Origin: Leptospira sp.
GTDB taxonomy: Bacteria > Spirochaetota > Leptospiria > Leptospirales > Leptospiraceae
DNA length: 64,000 bases
Assembly: GCA_034439575.1 (NCBI GenBank)
Contig: JAWXAQ010000020.1
Span: 27,237-91,236, forward strand
Reading direction: 5' to 3'
Shown: in pieces, positions 50,781-58,922 of the stretch
Numbering within the stretch: position 1 is the first letter of the stretch
Layout of the letters: every line of letters begins with the position of its first letter
Program-made: the position numbers and the translations under genes
Notes under the pieces: generated by a model
What the model was told of the DNA's origin: nothing
The model's database searches: none
Seen by the model: the letters and a program-made list of their open reading frames with translations, nothing else

Positions 50781-51157
50781 TGAAAATCCTAATTTTACTT
50801 ATATTTTTTGGATCCTTTTTTCATTGTACTTCTTTAGAAAAGAATCCCGGATCTATCGCCAAACAAATTGATCTTGTCGAGGATCTCGTGGAGAAACTTC
50901 CTGAAGAAGATAAACCTAGGCTTAAAAAATTTTTCAATAATGTAAGAGCTGAAGAAGTTAAACAAGATAAGACGATAGAGAACACTAAAGATGATGCTAT
51001 GGTTTCAAAACGAATTGCTTTAGATAGCAAGGAAGACGCCGGCAAGTGGCAAGGAATTAGAAATACATTCATTGCCATCATTTCTATTTTTGTAATTACT
51101 TTAATCGGTTATTTGATTATTAAACTAGGACTTGTAAAAGTACCGCTTCTCAATTAA
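50780..51157 (+). CDS. Lipoprotein with C-terminal TM (unimolecular spanin candidate)
   Basis: ATG at 50780 (TAATG coupling, GAGG RBS); MKILILLIFFGSFFHC lipobox; C-terminal TM. Confidence 0.6.
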   Translation: MKILILLIFFGSFFHCTSLEKNPGSIAKQIDLVEDLVEKLPEEDKPRLKKFFNNVRAEEVKQDKTIENTKDDAMVSKRIALDSKEDAGKWQGIRNTFIAIISIFVITLIGYLIIKLGLVKVPLLN

Positions 51158-51431
51158 TAATTCTTTCGTCTTCTTGGATGCCATCAACGATTTCAACTAG
51201 AAGACGAAATTCTTTTTCTTCATTTTCAGATCTCTCCTTCAGTTTTAAAAAATTCAATCGCTTCGAATAATGATAATTAACTTCTTTTGCTTTGTGCAAA
51301 ATAGAACCTAGTACGTCTGAGTCGGTCGGATAGATCCCGGTCTGCTTCATAAACTCTTTTCTATAATCATCCCAAATTAAAATCAAATTATGTTCGCTTA
51401 ACCGTGCCTGGATCTTGACTGATTTCTGCAT
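51150..51431 (-). CDS. Putative ribbon-helix-helix-like regulator
   Basis: VKIQARLSE strand..PTDSDVL helix; divergent orientation. Confidence 0.45.
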   Translation of the reverse strand: MQKSVKIQARLSEHNLILIWDDYRKEFMKQTGIYPTDSDVLGSILHKAKEVNYHYSKRLNFLKLKERSENEEKEFRLLVEIVDGIQEDERIIN

Positions 51432-51576
51432 AGGAACTTAGTTAGCACATAGATTTCACTTGACAAGCTTAATAAAAATCTTTGATTCACATAGTTAGAA
51501 CGATGTTGGAACAATATTTTTACATTGTTTGAACATTGTTGAAAGAATAATCGAAGCGAAAAAGGACATTAAACAG

Positions 51577-52317
51577 ATGATAGATTCAGTAGAAGCTTTT
51601 CGAAGTATGAAAACAGCTTACGGAAAACGTAAAAGTGAGTATCCAGAGGCAACGTACACATTTGAATTTTTTACCGAAAAAGGAAAACACGTCGTAGACG
51701 GTGAAAATATTCCTGTAAGCTTTAAAGTTTTAGATCAGCTGATGTTTCAGCCGCTTTTTATTAATTATGAAATTAAAAAAGACGGTGAAACATTTTCAGC
51801 AGGTCAATTAAGAGCATTTGTTCCGGAAGAAAAGATAATCACTCCTCCACAACCAACTCCTACAGTAGAAACGAGTCCTTTAGATATCATGAAGGCAACT
51901 TTTGAAATCAATCGTCTCTATGCGGAAGATGTTGAGAGGATAAATAAAAAGTATTCTGCTAAATTTGCGGAATATGATGAAGAGGTAGAGGCTCGGATTG
52001 CAAAGCAACGTAAAAACTTAGATGAAAAGTTAGACTCTGTTGAATACGCTAACACTCGTCGAATGGAGATTCAACAAGAAGAGTTTCAACTTGAAAGAAA
52101 AAGATGGGATCTCGAAAAGGAACAAATACTTGCACGTAGAAAAACAAGAGAAGACAGATTCTCATTTGGTTCCGTCTTTGCAAAAGTAACAGAAGGAGCA
52201 ATGGAAGCTTTGTCAGCTAACCCGGAACAATCTATAAACATGGCTATTTCATTAGCTAAGATTGCCGGGAAAGCATGGAGAGGTGAACCTATTGAAATCT
52301 CAGTCGAAAATACTTAA
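51577..52317 (+). CDS. Coiled-coil hypothetical protein
   Basis: Pro-rich linker then long coiled coil; ATG 51577 after AAGGA. Confidence 0.7.
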   Translation: MIDSVEAFRSMKTAYGKRKSEYPEATYTFEFFTEKGKHVVDGENIPVSFKVLDQLMFQPLFINYEIKKDGETFSAGQLRAFVPEEKIITPPQPTPTVETSPLDIMKATFEINRLYAEDVERINKKYSAKFAEYDEEVEARIAKQRKNLDEKLDSVEYANTRRMEIQQEEFQLERKRWDLEKEQILARRKTREDRFSFGSVFAKVTEGAMEALSANPEQSINMAISLAKIAGKAWRGEPIEISVENT

Positions 52318-52558
52318 AGATAAAATCATACTTCCTAAAGGTAGAATTGCAATGGCTTTACTTAATGCTATTGCAAAGGAAGGATTTCCTTATCTATTAA
52401 AACAATTAGATCCTAAGTTAAAGGAAGAGATAGAAAAAATGCAATTGTATATAGAACAGACCACCAAACAAGAAAATATAAGAAAAAAATATTTTCCGAA
52501 TGCAATTATTGTCGAGGATTATAAGGTGATAGAAAATGACAGCCGAACAGAAGATTGA
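52292..52558 (+). CDS. Hypothetical protein
   Basis: TTG 52292 after GGAGAGG. Confidence 0.55.
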   Translation: MKSQSKILKDKIILPKGRIAMALLNAIAKEGFPYLLKQLDPKLKEEIEKMQLYIEQTTKQENIRKKYFPNAIIVEDYKVIENDSRTED

Positions 52559-52688
52559 TAGACTAATAAACATACTCGATAAGGTAGAAAAATTTGTATC
52601 TAGGCAAATGCCAGGGAGTGCGCTTCTTAGTCCAGAGCTCAAAGAGATCAGAAAGGATATAAATGAATTAAAGAGCAATGGCGCTTAG
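52536..52688 (+). CDS. Small helical protein (50 aa)
   Basis: MTAEQKIDRLINILDKVEK..; AAGGTG RBS. Confidence 0.5.
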   Translation: MTAEQKIDRLINILDKVEKFVSRQMPGSALLSPELKEIRKDINELKSNGA

Positions 52689-52762
52689 TTTGTTGAACCT
52701 ATTTAAAATTGGAAAAGAAGGTAAGCTGTTTGTTGAATCTTGAAGTACAAGAGAGGAGACGC

Positions 52763-52798
52763 GGTGGGGTTCAGCTCAAAAACCCTGCCACTTTTTTT
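52763..52798 (+). terminator. Intrinsic terminator
   Basis: ggtggggtt/aaccctgcc stem followed by T7. Confidence 0.65.
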
Positions 52799-52829
52799 AA
52801 AATAAAACAATGATTAGAAGGAAGAAGAT

Positions 52830-53039
52830 ATGGAAAGAACTTTCAATGGAATAATTCAGGCGATTTTTACTTATTTGATATTTCTATTATTTATAGAAAA
52901 TCCGAATCCGTTAGAATGGTCGATAACTCAAAAGGTATTTTTAATCCTAATTGCTTGGATTTCAAATTTGTTCGAAAAACATTTTGGATATTTTTGGGAG
53001 AAGGAAAATAGAGAACACCCTTTCGGTGTTGGTAAGTAA
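52830..53039 (+). CDS. Small two-TM protein
   Basis: 69 aa, two hydrophobic segments. Confidence 0.55.
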   Translation: MERTFNGIIQAIFTYLIFLLFIENPNPLEWSITQKVFLILIAWISNLFEKHFGYFWEKENREHPFGVGK

Positions 53040-53044
53040 GATGT

Positions 53045-53077
53045 CCCACACTGAATTTAAATGAAATTCAGTGTGGG
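53045..53077. repeat. Perfect 14-bp inverted repeat
   Basis: CCCACACTGAATTT-aaatg-AAATTCAGTGTGGG. Confidence 0.9.
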
Positions 53078-53256
53078 GAAGAGTTAAGTTTGAATCCTTT
53101 AGAAATCTCTTCAAAAGAGATCATTGATGACATCCACAAATTAAACGAAACATTCTTTGATCAAATTATATTTGCAGATCTTGAGATGGAAGAAGATGAG
53201 CCGGAATATGAAACAAGTGATCTAATTTGGAAGAATCCAAAGTATAAGCAATTGAG

Positions 53257-53508
53257 ATGAAATTTATTTCTAATTTAAAACAAGCATTCCGGGTAGGAGT
53301 AAAAGAATTTCATACCTTGCAAAGTTACGAATTACAAAAAAGAAGTCTCTTGTTAGATGTTATAATTCAATATGACGATCATGGAAGCAGCGAGCAAAGA
53401 ATTTCATTGATGGATTTGGAAAATTGGTTGGTTAATCTTAAAAATGGAACTCCACGTTGGGTAAAATATTTATCAATCACAATCCTACCTTTACGAGATA
53501 TTAAATAA
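53257..53508 (+). CDS. Hypothetical protein
   Basis: 83-aa ORF in a run of small co-oriented ORFs. Confidence 0.5.
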   Translation: MKFISNLKQAFRVGVKEFHTLQSYELQKRSLLLDVIIQYDDHGSSEQRISLMDLENWLVNLKNGTPRWVKYLSITILPLRDIK

Positions 53509-53509
53509 C

Positions 53510-53707
53510 TTGAAACGTCATAGTAAGAATTTTCTTGAATTTCATGCACTTTTTTTTACGTTTCTGTCTAATCATGATTCACTAGATGCAGCCGAAGATG
53601 AAAAAGCCTGTGACGAAATGGATAGGTATTGGAAAGAATTTACAGAAAAAGAAATTCAAGTTTCAAATAAATTATTTGATTTACTTAAAGAGAATCCATC
53701 ACAATAA
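53510..53707 (+). CDS. Hypothetical protein
   Basis: 65-aa ORF directly following the previous one. Confidence 0.45.
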   Translation: MKRHSKNFLEFHALFFTFLSNHDSLDAAEDEKACDEMDRYWKEFTEKEIQVSNKLFDLLKENPSQ

Positions 53708-53711
53708 AAAC

Positions 53712-54182
53712 TTAATGAACTATTGATAAGAAGAATTCTCGGACGTACTCAAAGTTAAAATATTTTTCTCGTGCATAGACATTAAACTCGATTTCTAGCT
53801 GGGGTTTTTCTTCTTTCTCCACAAACTTGCTTATTGATTTCAGTTGTTTGCTGGTTAGCACGACACTGAAGTCTATTTCAAAGCTAACTCTTGATTCTAA
53901 CTCTCTTAAAATAGGATAATTGTAATTAATAAAAAGACCATCCTCTGAAACTATTTTTAATCTTAGATTTTTCATATCTAAATCAGCGTAATTATAGTTT
54001 TTAACTTTAATCTTTAAACGAAGTCGGTCTAGTGGTTTGTTCAACTCAATGCTTTCTACAGTCACGACAAGCTGATCTTGTTTAATCGGGAATAGCTTAT
54101 TATTAATACATTTTAGAATCATCGGAACCAACCTTAACAAGAAACTTAATACTTGTTTCATCCAAAATAGATATTCTGTCAT
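53712..54182 (-). CDS. Protein with hydrophobic N-terminus and LEA-2/Ig-like beta pattern
   Basis: GAGG RBS; LRLKIKVKNYNYADLDM motif. Confidence 0.55.
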   Translation of the reverse strand: MTEYLFWMKQVLSFLLRLVPMILKCINNKLFPIKQDQLVVTVESIELNKPLDRLRLKIKVKNYNYADLDMKNLRLKIVSEDGLFINYNYPILRELESRVSFEIDFSVVLTSKQLKSISKFVEKEEKPQLEIEFNVYAREKYFNFEYVREFFLSIVH

Positions 54183-54248
54183 AAAATTAACCTCTTGACT
54201 TTAAAAAGAACTTGTACAAGAACGGTAATCAAAGATTAACCTCTTGCA

Positions 54249-54276
54249 CCCTCGGACTGCAATCCGGGGGTTTTTT
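54249..54276 (+). terminator. Intrinsic terminator with no upstream + strand ORF
   Basis: ccctcgga-ctgcaa-tccggggg followed by T6. Confidence 0.75.
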
Positions 54277-54332
54277 ATATCCTGATTAGGTGGCGTTTAA
54301 CGTCTACAAAATTAATTGATTATTAAATCCGT

Positions 54333-54527
54333 ATGAAACAAGAAAAGAAATATTACCTTTGTCATTATAAAGATAGATCAGGAATCAATCATTTGATTAA
54401 ATTGGATGACTCTCCACCGCTCTTTATGAAACGAGATGGTTTTTCACTCACGCTATTGCATTTTACAGAAGTTCTATATGAAGGAGAAGATCATGAAAGG
54501 GAAAGACCGTGCATCTTTAAGAAATAA
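54333..54527 (+). CDS. Hypothetical protein
   Basis: 64-aa ORF. Confidence 0.4.
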   Translation: MKQEKKYYLCHYKDRSGINHLIKLDDSPPLFMKRDGFSLTLLHFTEVLYEGEDHERERPCIFKK

Positions 54528-54704
54528 AAATCCTATCTATTGAAGGCAGGAAGGCAATCCCAAAAAATCGAAATCAACAAACAAAGTCAAGGCGTAAGAA
54601 AAAATGATTTTTAGCCTCCGAGAAATTGATTTTAGATAATAGCAATAGCTTAAGGTGGTGAATGAAGAAAAACTATCTTAAGCTTTTTTTTGACGGAACC
54701 CGAA

Positions 54705-54733
54705 TTTGTGAAAATAACGACATGACGACATGT
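54705..54733 (-). repeat. 29-bp inverted repeat, right copy
   Basis: TTTGTGAAAATAACGACATGACGACATGT; contains tandem ACGACATG x2. Confidence 0.9.
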
Positions 54734-54831
54734 TTAAAAAAAATGTAAAAAGATATTAAAAGATAAACTTTTTTAATTGCATTTTTTTCCCTCCTTTGTA
54801 AGATGTTAGTATCAACAAAGGAGGGAAAATC

Positions 54832-55020
54832 GTGGCGGTTACCAAAGATACTCAAATCGGAGCTAAGTTTGAAAACAAAATAGTTTCTGAAATTGATAAA
54901 TATGCGGCAATGCATGAAATGGATAGATCAAAAGTCATCCGTTTGGCAGTGAAGCAATTTCTTGGGTTAACGCCTTCTAATCAACCTAGTCAAAAAGGCA
55001 AATTAAGTAAGGCCGTTTAA
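54832..55020 (+). CDS. CopG/ribbon-helix-helix regulator
   Basis: QIGAKF..IDKYA..DRSKVIRLAVKQFL; strong GGAGG RBS. Confidence 0.8.
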   Translation: MAVTKDTQIGAKFENKIVSEIDKYAAMHEMDRSKVIRLAVKQFLGLTPSNQPSQKGKLSKAV

Positions 55021-55066
55021 TCTTTTTTTTTGAGGCGGGGTTAAAGAACTTCAGTTTCGCATAAAC

Positions 55067-55088
55067 ACTGCGGGCGGAGGGACTTGAA
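55067..55088 (+). repeat. att core, right copy (overlaps tRNA-Leu 3' end)
   Basis: Identical to 36741-36762. Confidence 0.95.
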
Positions 55089-55150
55089 CCCCCATGCCTC
55101 TCGGCGCCAGAACCTAAATCTGGTGCGTCTGCCAATTTCGCCACGCCCGC
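55069..55150 (-). tRNA. tRNA-Leu(TAG)
   Basis: GCGGGCGTGGCGAAATTGGCAGACGC..CCAGATTTAGGTTCTGG..long variable arm..GGTTCAAGTCCC..GCCCGCA. Confidence 0.95.
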
Positions 55151-55249
55151 ATTTGTTTGTATAGGCAGTCTCTAAAATGGACTTAAGCTGTCGAGAACGA
55201 ATTCTAAAGAATAGATTCCAAATTTCTATAGATTGATTTTCTGTAACAA

Positions 55250-55678
55250 TTACATTGCGGTGGTACGCAATAGCTTCCATTGCTCTGATAATTCCACGAG
55301 TAAATTGGGAAAATCAAAATGAAATTCGGCTAACCTTTGTTTGCGTAGATAAACAAAGGGTATATATGAGAATTCTTTTTGTAATTGAAACAAATATTCT
55401 TTATGACGCAATTCTGTGATGGATGAGTCACTCGCGATTAAAATTGCTTCGCATTCCCTGAAGGCAAACATTCGCATTTCTGCTAAAGAAAAATAGCCTT
55501 TGTGATCAGCCGCTTGGTTTTCTCCGCCGGACATTTGGACCAATATATCTAATTCAGTTCCTCGGCCACCAATCACGTATTGTCCTTTGTTCCTTTCAAG
55601 CAGGGGAAGGACGCGAAGGGGCAAAGATTCCTTATGGAACTGTAGAAACGCTTTTTTTTGGCAATACCCTTGGATCAT
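55250..55678 (-). CDS. Hypothetical protein
   Basis: 142-aa ORF with GGAAAGG RBS. Confidence 0.55.
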   Translation of the reverse strand: MIQGYCQKKAFLQFHKESLPLRVLPLLERNKGQYVIGGRGTELDILVQMSGGENQAADHKGYFSLAEMRMFAFRECEAILIASDSSITELRHKEYLFQLQKEFSYIPFVYLRKQRLAEFHFDFPNLLVELSEQWKLLRTTAM

Positions 55679-55990
55679 TTTCCTTTCCCTTAGAATAAAA
55701 ATCGAATTCTGCGATTTTTATCTTTCTCAATGATAACGAATCCGATAAAAATTTGTCAATAAATAATATTGAGACTCAAAATCAATATATAGGCTATTCT
55801 AAAGCAATCCAACAAAACTCTATGCAAAGACAATCCAAACTTCCTCAGTAAATTCTTAGAAATTCTATCTTCCATTGCTATTTTGTTAAAATTTAAAATT
55901 TTCCGAAGGTAAATTCCGATCTGAGTAATTCAATTTTCAATTTTTCCGAAGGAAAAAGGAATTTTTTGACATGAACAGTTCCATTCTATT

Positions 55991-56644
55991 TTATATTTCG
56001 GTTTTGAATCCATAAACAACAAAATTGGAACCGCAAGGAGGGCTTGGTGGGCAATACACTCCGTAAATTCCCGAACGATGATGAATGCGGACAAAAAATT
56101 TGGAACTTTCGGCCCAAGGTAATTTATAATCCGCTTCAAACATTAGATAATTAAGCCAAGCACGTGATTCCACATCATCCAAATTGATCTTACCTCGGTC
56201 ATAGCCAAAAGCAAAGTTCTCTAATTTCGGATTTTGTGAGGCGACGGATTGCCCTTCACCGACTGCAAAACTGATGGGTTTCCCAAAAAGATTTGGAATT
56301 CTTGCAATGCCAACACCGACGGCTTCTGAATGACTCATGGCTCCCGTATGACTTGCCACCATCCCTTCCAATTCAAATTCAAAAATGGAATACGTGTAAT
56401 TGAGTTTTCTATTTAATCCAAGGCCGTAAATATAAGAGGGACGATATTTGAAATCTAAATTAAAAGATATAGGAGCCAAGTCTGAATTTACGAATATGCC
56501 ACCAAATCCAAGCAAGGTGTAATTTGGGGCAAATAATTTTTGTTCGCTAAAGGTTGGTGATGATTGAAAGTATAAAATGAAAAGAAATAAAATCCGAAAA
56601 ATACCGATTTTCATAGTGTAACTAGTGTAATAATTTTCGTGCAT
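55991..56644 (-). CDS. Outer-membrane beta-barrel (PagL/acyl-hydrolase-like)
   Basis: Signal peptide, amphipathic strands, RIHHRSG motif. Confidence 0.6.
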   Translation of the reverse strand: MHENYYTSYTMKIGIFRILFLFILYFQSSPTFSEQKLFAPNYTLLGFGGIFVNSDLAPISFNLDFKYRPSYIYGLGLNRKLNYTYSIFEFELEGMVASHTGAMSHSEAVGVGIARIPNLFGKPISFAVGEGQSVASQNPKLENFAFGYDRGKINLDDVESRAWLNYLMFEADYKLPWAESSKFFVRIHHRSGIYGVYCPPSPPCGSNFVVYGFKTEI

Positions 56645-56660
56645 CTTGACGAGAAATTTT

Positions 56661-57635
56661 TCACATAGAAAGGCTACTTTTTTGAATATTAAATAGTCTC
56701 AGTGGAAGTTTTATAAAATGGATAAAGAATAAAAATAAAAAATTTCTTTTTTTGACCTTTTGAACCAAACCTTCTTTTTCCAATTGGTCAAAATTTTGAA
56801 ATCCTTTTAATTTTTCAGGGTTTAAAATATTATATACATGGAATACTTTATCTTTTTCCATTTCTAAATATTGGAAAAAAACGGGTGATTTATTTTTATA
56901 TCCGATGATGGAAAGTTCTCCATTCGCTTGGGTAAAATAAACTTCTATATCCTTTTTTGCATTCGCAGTTGTTTTGATTAAAAAATTTACAAGCCTCAAG
57001 GCTCCTGAGATAGGAATCCTTGCCGCATGAACTTTTCCTCCTCCATCTGAATAAGCGATCGCATCTTCTCGTAATATATTTGTTAACTTCGTCGTATCTT
57101 TAGTATAACAAGCAAACAAAAACTCGTTTATTATTTTTGTTTTGTCTGAAGGATCGGGTGCGAATTTTTTTTCTCTTTTTTCAATAGATATCTTTGCTCT
57201 TTTGAATATTTGGCGAATATTGGATGGAGATTTATTTACTACCTCAGCGATCCATTCATATTCATAAGAAAAAAGCTCTCTCAATATAAATACGGCTCTT
57301 TCGATAGGATTTAAACTTTCGAGTACTACCAAGAGTGCAAAATGTACTTTGTTCTCCGAATGGGATTCATGTGTTTCGGGAATTGGTTCTGGAAGGTAGG
57401 GACCTATATAAGTTTCTTTTTTTCGTGATGCTTTCTTTAAAAGATCAAATGCCAGTCTCGCTGTAGTTTTCCCTAAATAACTTTTCAAATTTTTAATATC
57501 GATATTTGTATCTTTCATATAACGAAGGTATGTTTCTTGTAAGATATCTTCTGCGTCTTGGTAACTCCCTGTGATTCGATAAGCTATAGAAAAGAGATAG
57601 GATTTTAAGATCAAAAATTGATTTGTATCACGCAT
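56661..57635 (-). CDS. ECF41/SigJ-type sigma factor with SnoaL-like extension
   Basis: AEDILQE, YIGPYLPEP, ERAVFILRE, SDGGGK, NPEKL. Confidence 0.88.
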   Translation of the reverse strand: MRDTNQFLILKSYLFSIAYRITGSYQDAEDILQETYLRYMKDTNIDIKNLKSYLGKTTARLAFDLLKKASRKKETYIGPYLPEPIPETHESHSENKVHFALLVVLESLNPIERAVFILRELFSYEYEWIAEVVNKSPSNIRQIFKRAKISIEKREKKFAPDPSDKTKIINEFLFACYTKDTTKLTNILREDAIAYSDGGGKVHAARIPISGALRLVNFLIKTTANAKKDIEVYFTQANGELSIIGYKNKSPVFFQYLEMEKDKVFHVYNILNPEKLKGFQNFDQLEKEGLVQKVKKRNFLFLFFIHFIKLPLRLFNIQKSSLSM

Positions 57636-57637
57636 AT

Positions 57638-58780
57638 CTAAATCTCTTTCTCAATCTTCATTAAATCTTGTTTTGGCCAAAAGTAAGAACGTATGGGCAG
57701 GGATTTTTCTAATTTGATCGAAAGCATAGTATATTTACAAACTAGTTCTTTGATAATTGCCCCAAGTTTACCTGTAAAAATGAGATCTTTTGGTTTATCG
57801 TAAGCATTTGTCATTTGAATTAGACCATTTTTTCGTCCAAGACTTACACATCGTCCCGCAAAACCAAACTTAAACGGATAGACTTTTTTGCCATTTAATG
57901 ATTTCATTACAGTTTCTGCTGCATAAACTCCCATGGGCATAGCCGTCACACAACCCATTCTGAGAGCTGAACCTGGTAGGTAAACTGCATCCCCAGCAAC
58001 AAAAACATTTTGGTATTTGGGAATTTGCAAATATTCATTCACATAGATCTGATTTTTTTCATTTGTATCTATGCCAGCTTCTTTTGCGAGATCAGAACAT
58101 AAAAAACCTGTTGTCTTGATTAATAAATCATATGAAACTTTGGTTCCATTACCAAAGGTAATTTCATTATTTTGATGCTCGATCAATTTAGCACCTTCAA
58201 TGATCTGGATATGATTCTTTTGGAAAAAATTTCTAATATATGTTTGGCCTTTCTTAGAAAATTGGTGAGCGAATTTTCCCTGTTCTATTATTCCTACAGA
58301 AATTTCTTTATTTGACTCTTTTAGTTCTGTCGCAAGTTCAATGCCCGTCAATCCGCCTCCAAGTATCCAAACCGATTGGATCTGTTTTTCGGATAAGACT
58401 TGGGATGTTTCCATTGTTTGCGTTAATGTTTGAATTCCAAGCCAGGGATTCATTGTATTCGTTTTTGTGCTACCCAATGCATAAATCAATCCATCATATT
58501 TCCATTCAGATTTATCGTTTGTTAGTTGGATAGTGGATGAATCTGGATTCCAATTAGAAATTTTATCCTCCACAAAATTTACATTGTTTGGGATAAGATC
58601 AGTAATTTTGTATTTTTTATAAGGCCTTGGATTTAATTTTTCATGATTACGAATTCTTTCTACAAATTCATCTCGTTCATTGATCAGTGTGATATCTAGA
58701 TGTTTGTCTATTTTTGCCAATCGGTTTACTGCCATAATTCCCGCATAACCAGCACCTAATACTAAAATACGTTTTTTCAT
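57638..58780 (-). CDS. NAD(P)/FAD-dependent oxidoreductase (NDH-2-like)
   Basis: GAGYAG, GGGLTGIE, FVAGD. Confidence 0.88.
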   Translation of the reverse strand: MKKRILVLGAGYAGIMAVNRLAKIDKHLDITLINERDEFVERIRNHEKLNPRPYKKYKITDLIPNNVNFVEDKISNWNPDSSTIQLTNDKSEWKYDGLIYALGSTKTNTMNPWLGIQTLTQTMETSQVLSEKQIQSVWILGGGLTGIELATELKESNKEISVGIIEQGKFAHQFSKKGQTYIRNFFQKNHIQIIEGAKLIEHQNNEITFGNGTKVSYDLLIKTTGFLCSDLAKEAGIDTNEKNQIYVNEYLQIPKYQNVFVAGDAVYLPGSALRMGCVTAMPMGVYAAETVMKSLNGKKVYPFKFGFAGRCVSLGRKNGLIQMTNAYDKPKDLIFTGKLGAIIKELVCKYTMLSIKLEKSLPIRSYFWPKQDLMKIEKEI

Positions 58781-58812
58781 CTTTGCCCATTCCTATTGTT
58801 TTCTGATAGGAA

Positions 58813-58840
58813 GACGATTCCAGCTTGCTTTTTTGTGACA
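58813..58840 (-). promoter_or_regulatory. ECF41-type promoter
   Basis: Minus strand TGTCACA-N17-CGTC, upstream of the oxidoreductase-ECF41 operon. Confidence 0.65.
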
Positions 58841-58922
58841 GGTTTTTAAAAGAAAAGGCCCTTTAACGGTTTTTTTTCCGTCAAAAGGCCGAGGCGCCAA
58901 GGAGTGTTTTGTTGCTAAAAAA

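Larger units (their letters stand above)
36741..55088 (+). mobile_element. Integrated provirus-like element (18.3 kb) at tRNA-Leu
   Basis: 22-bp direct repeats, integrase at the left end, dense mostly co-oriented replication, structural and lysis-like genes. Confidence 0.92.

Noticed and set aside
36741-55088. Conventional tailed prophage, PICI satellite or inovirus
   Set aside because: No terminase, portal, tail tube or tape measure; no AlpA/terS layout; no Zot-like ATPase or rolling-circle Rep recognised. The collar fibre alone is insufficient
55041-55280. 79-aa minus-strand ORF
   Set aside because: Spurious translation through tRNA-Leu
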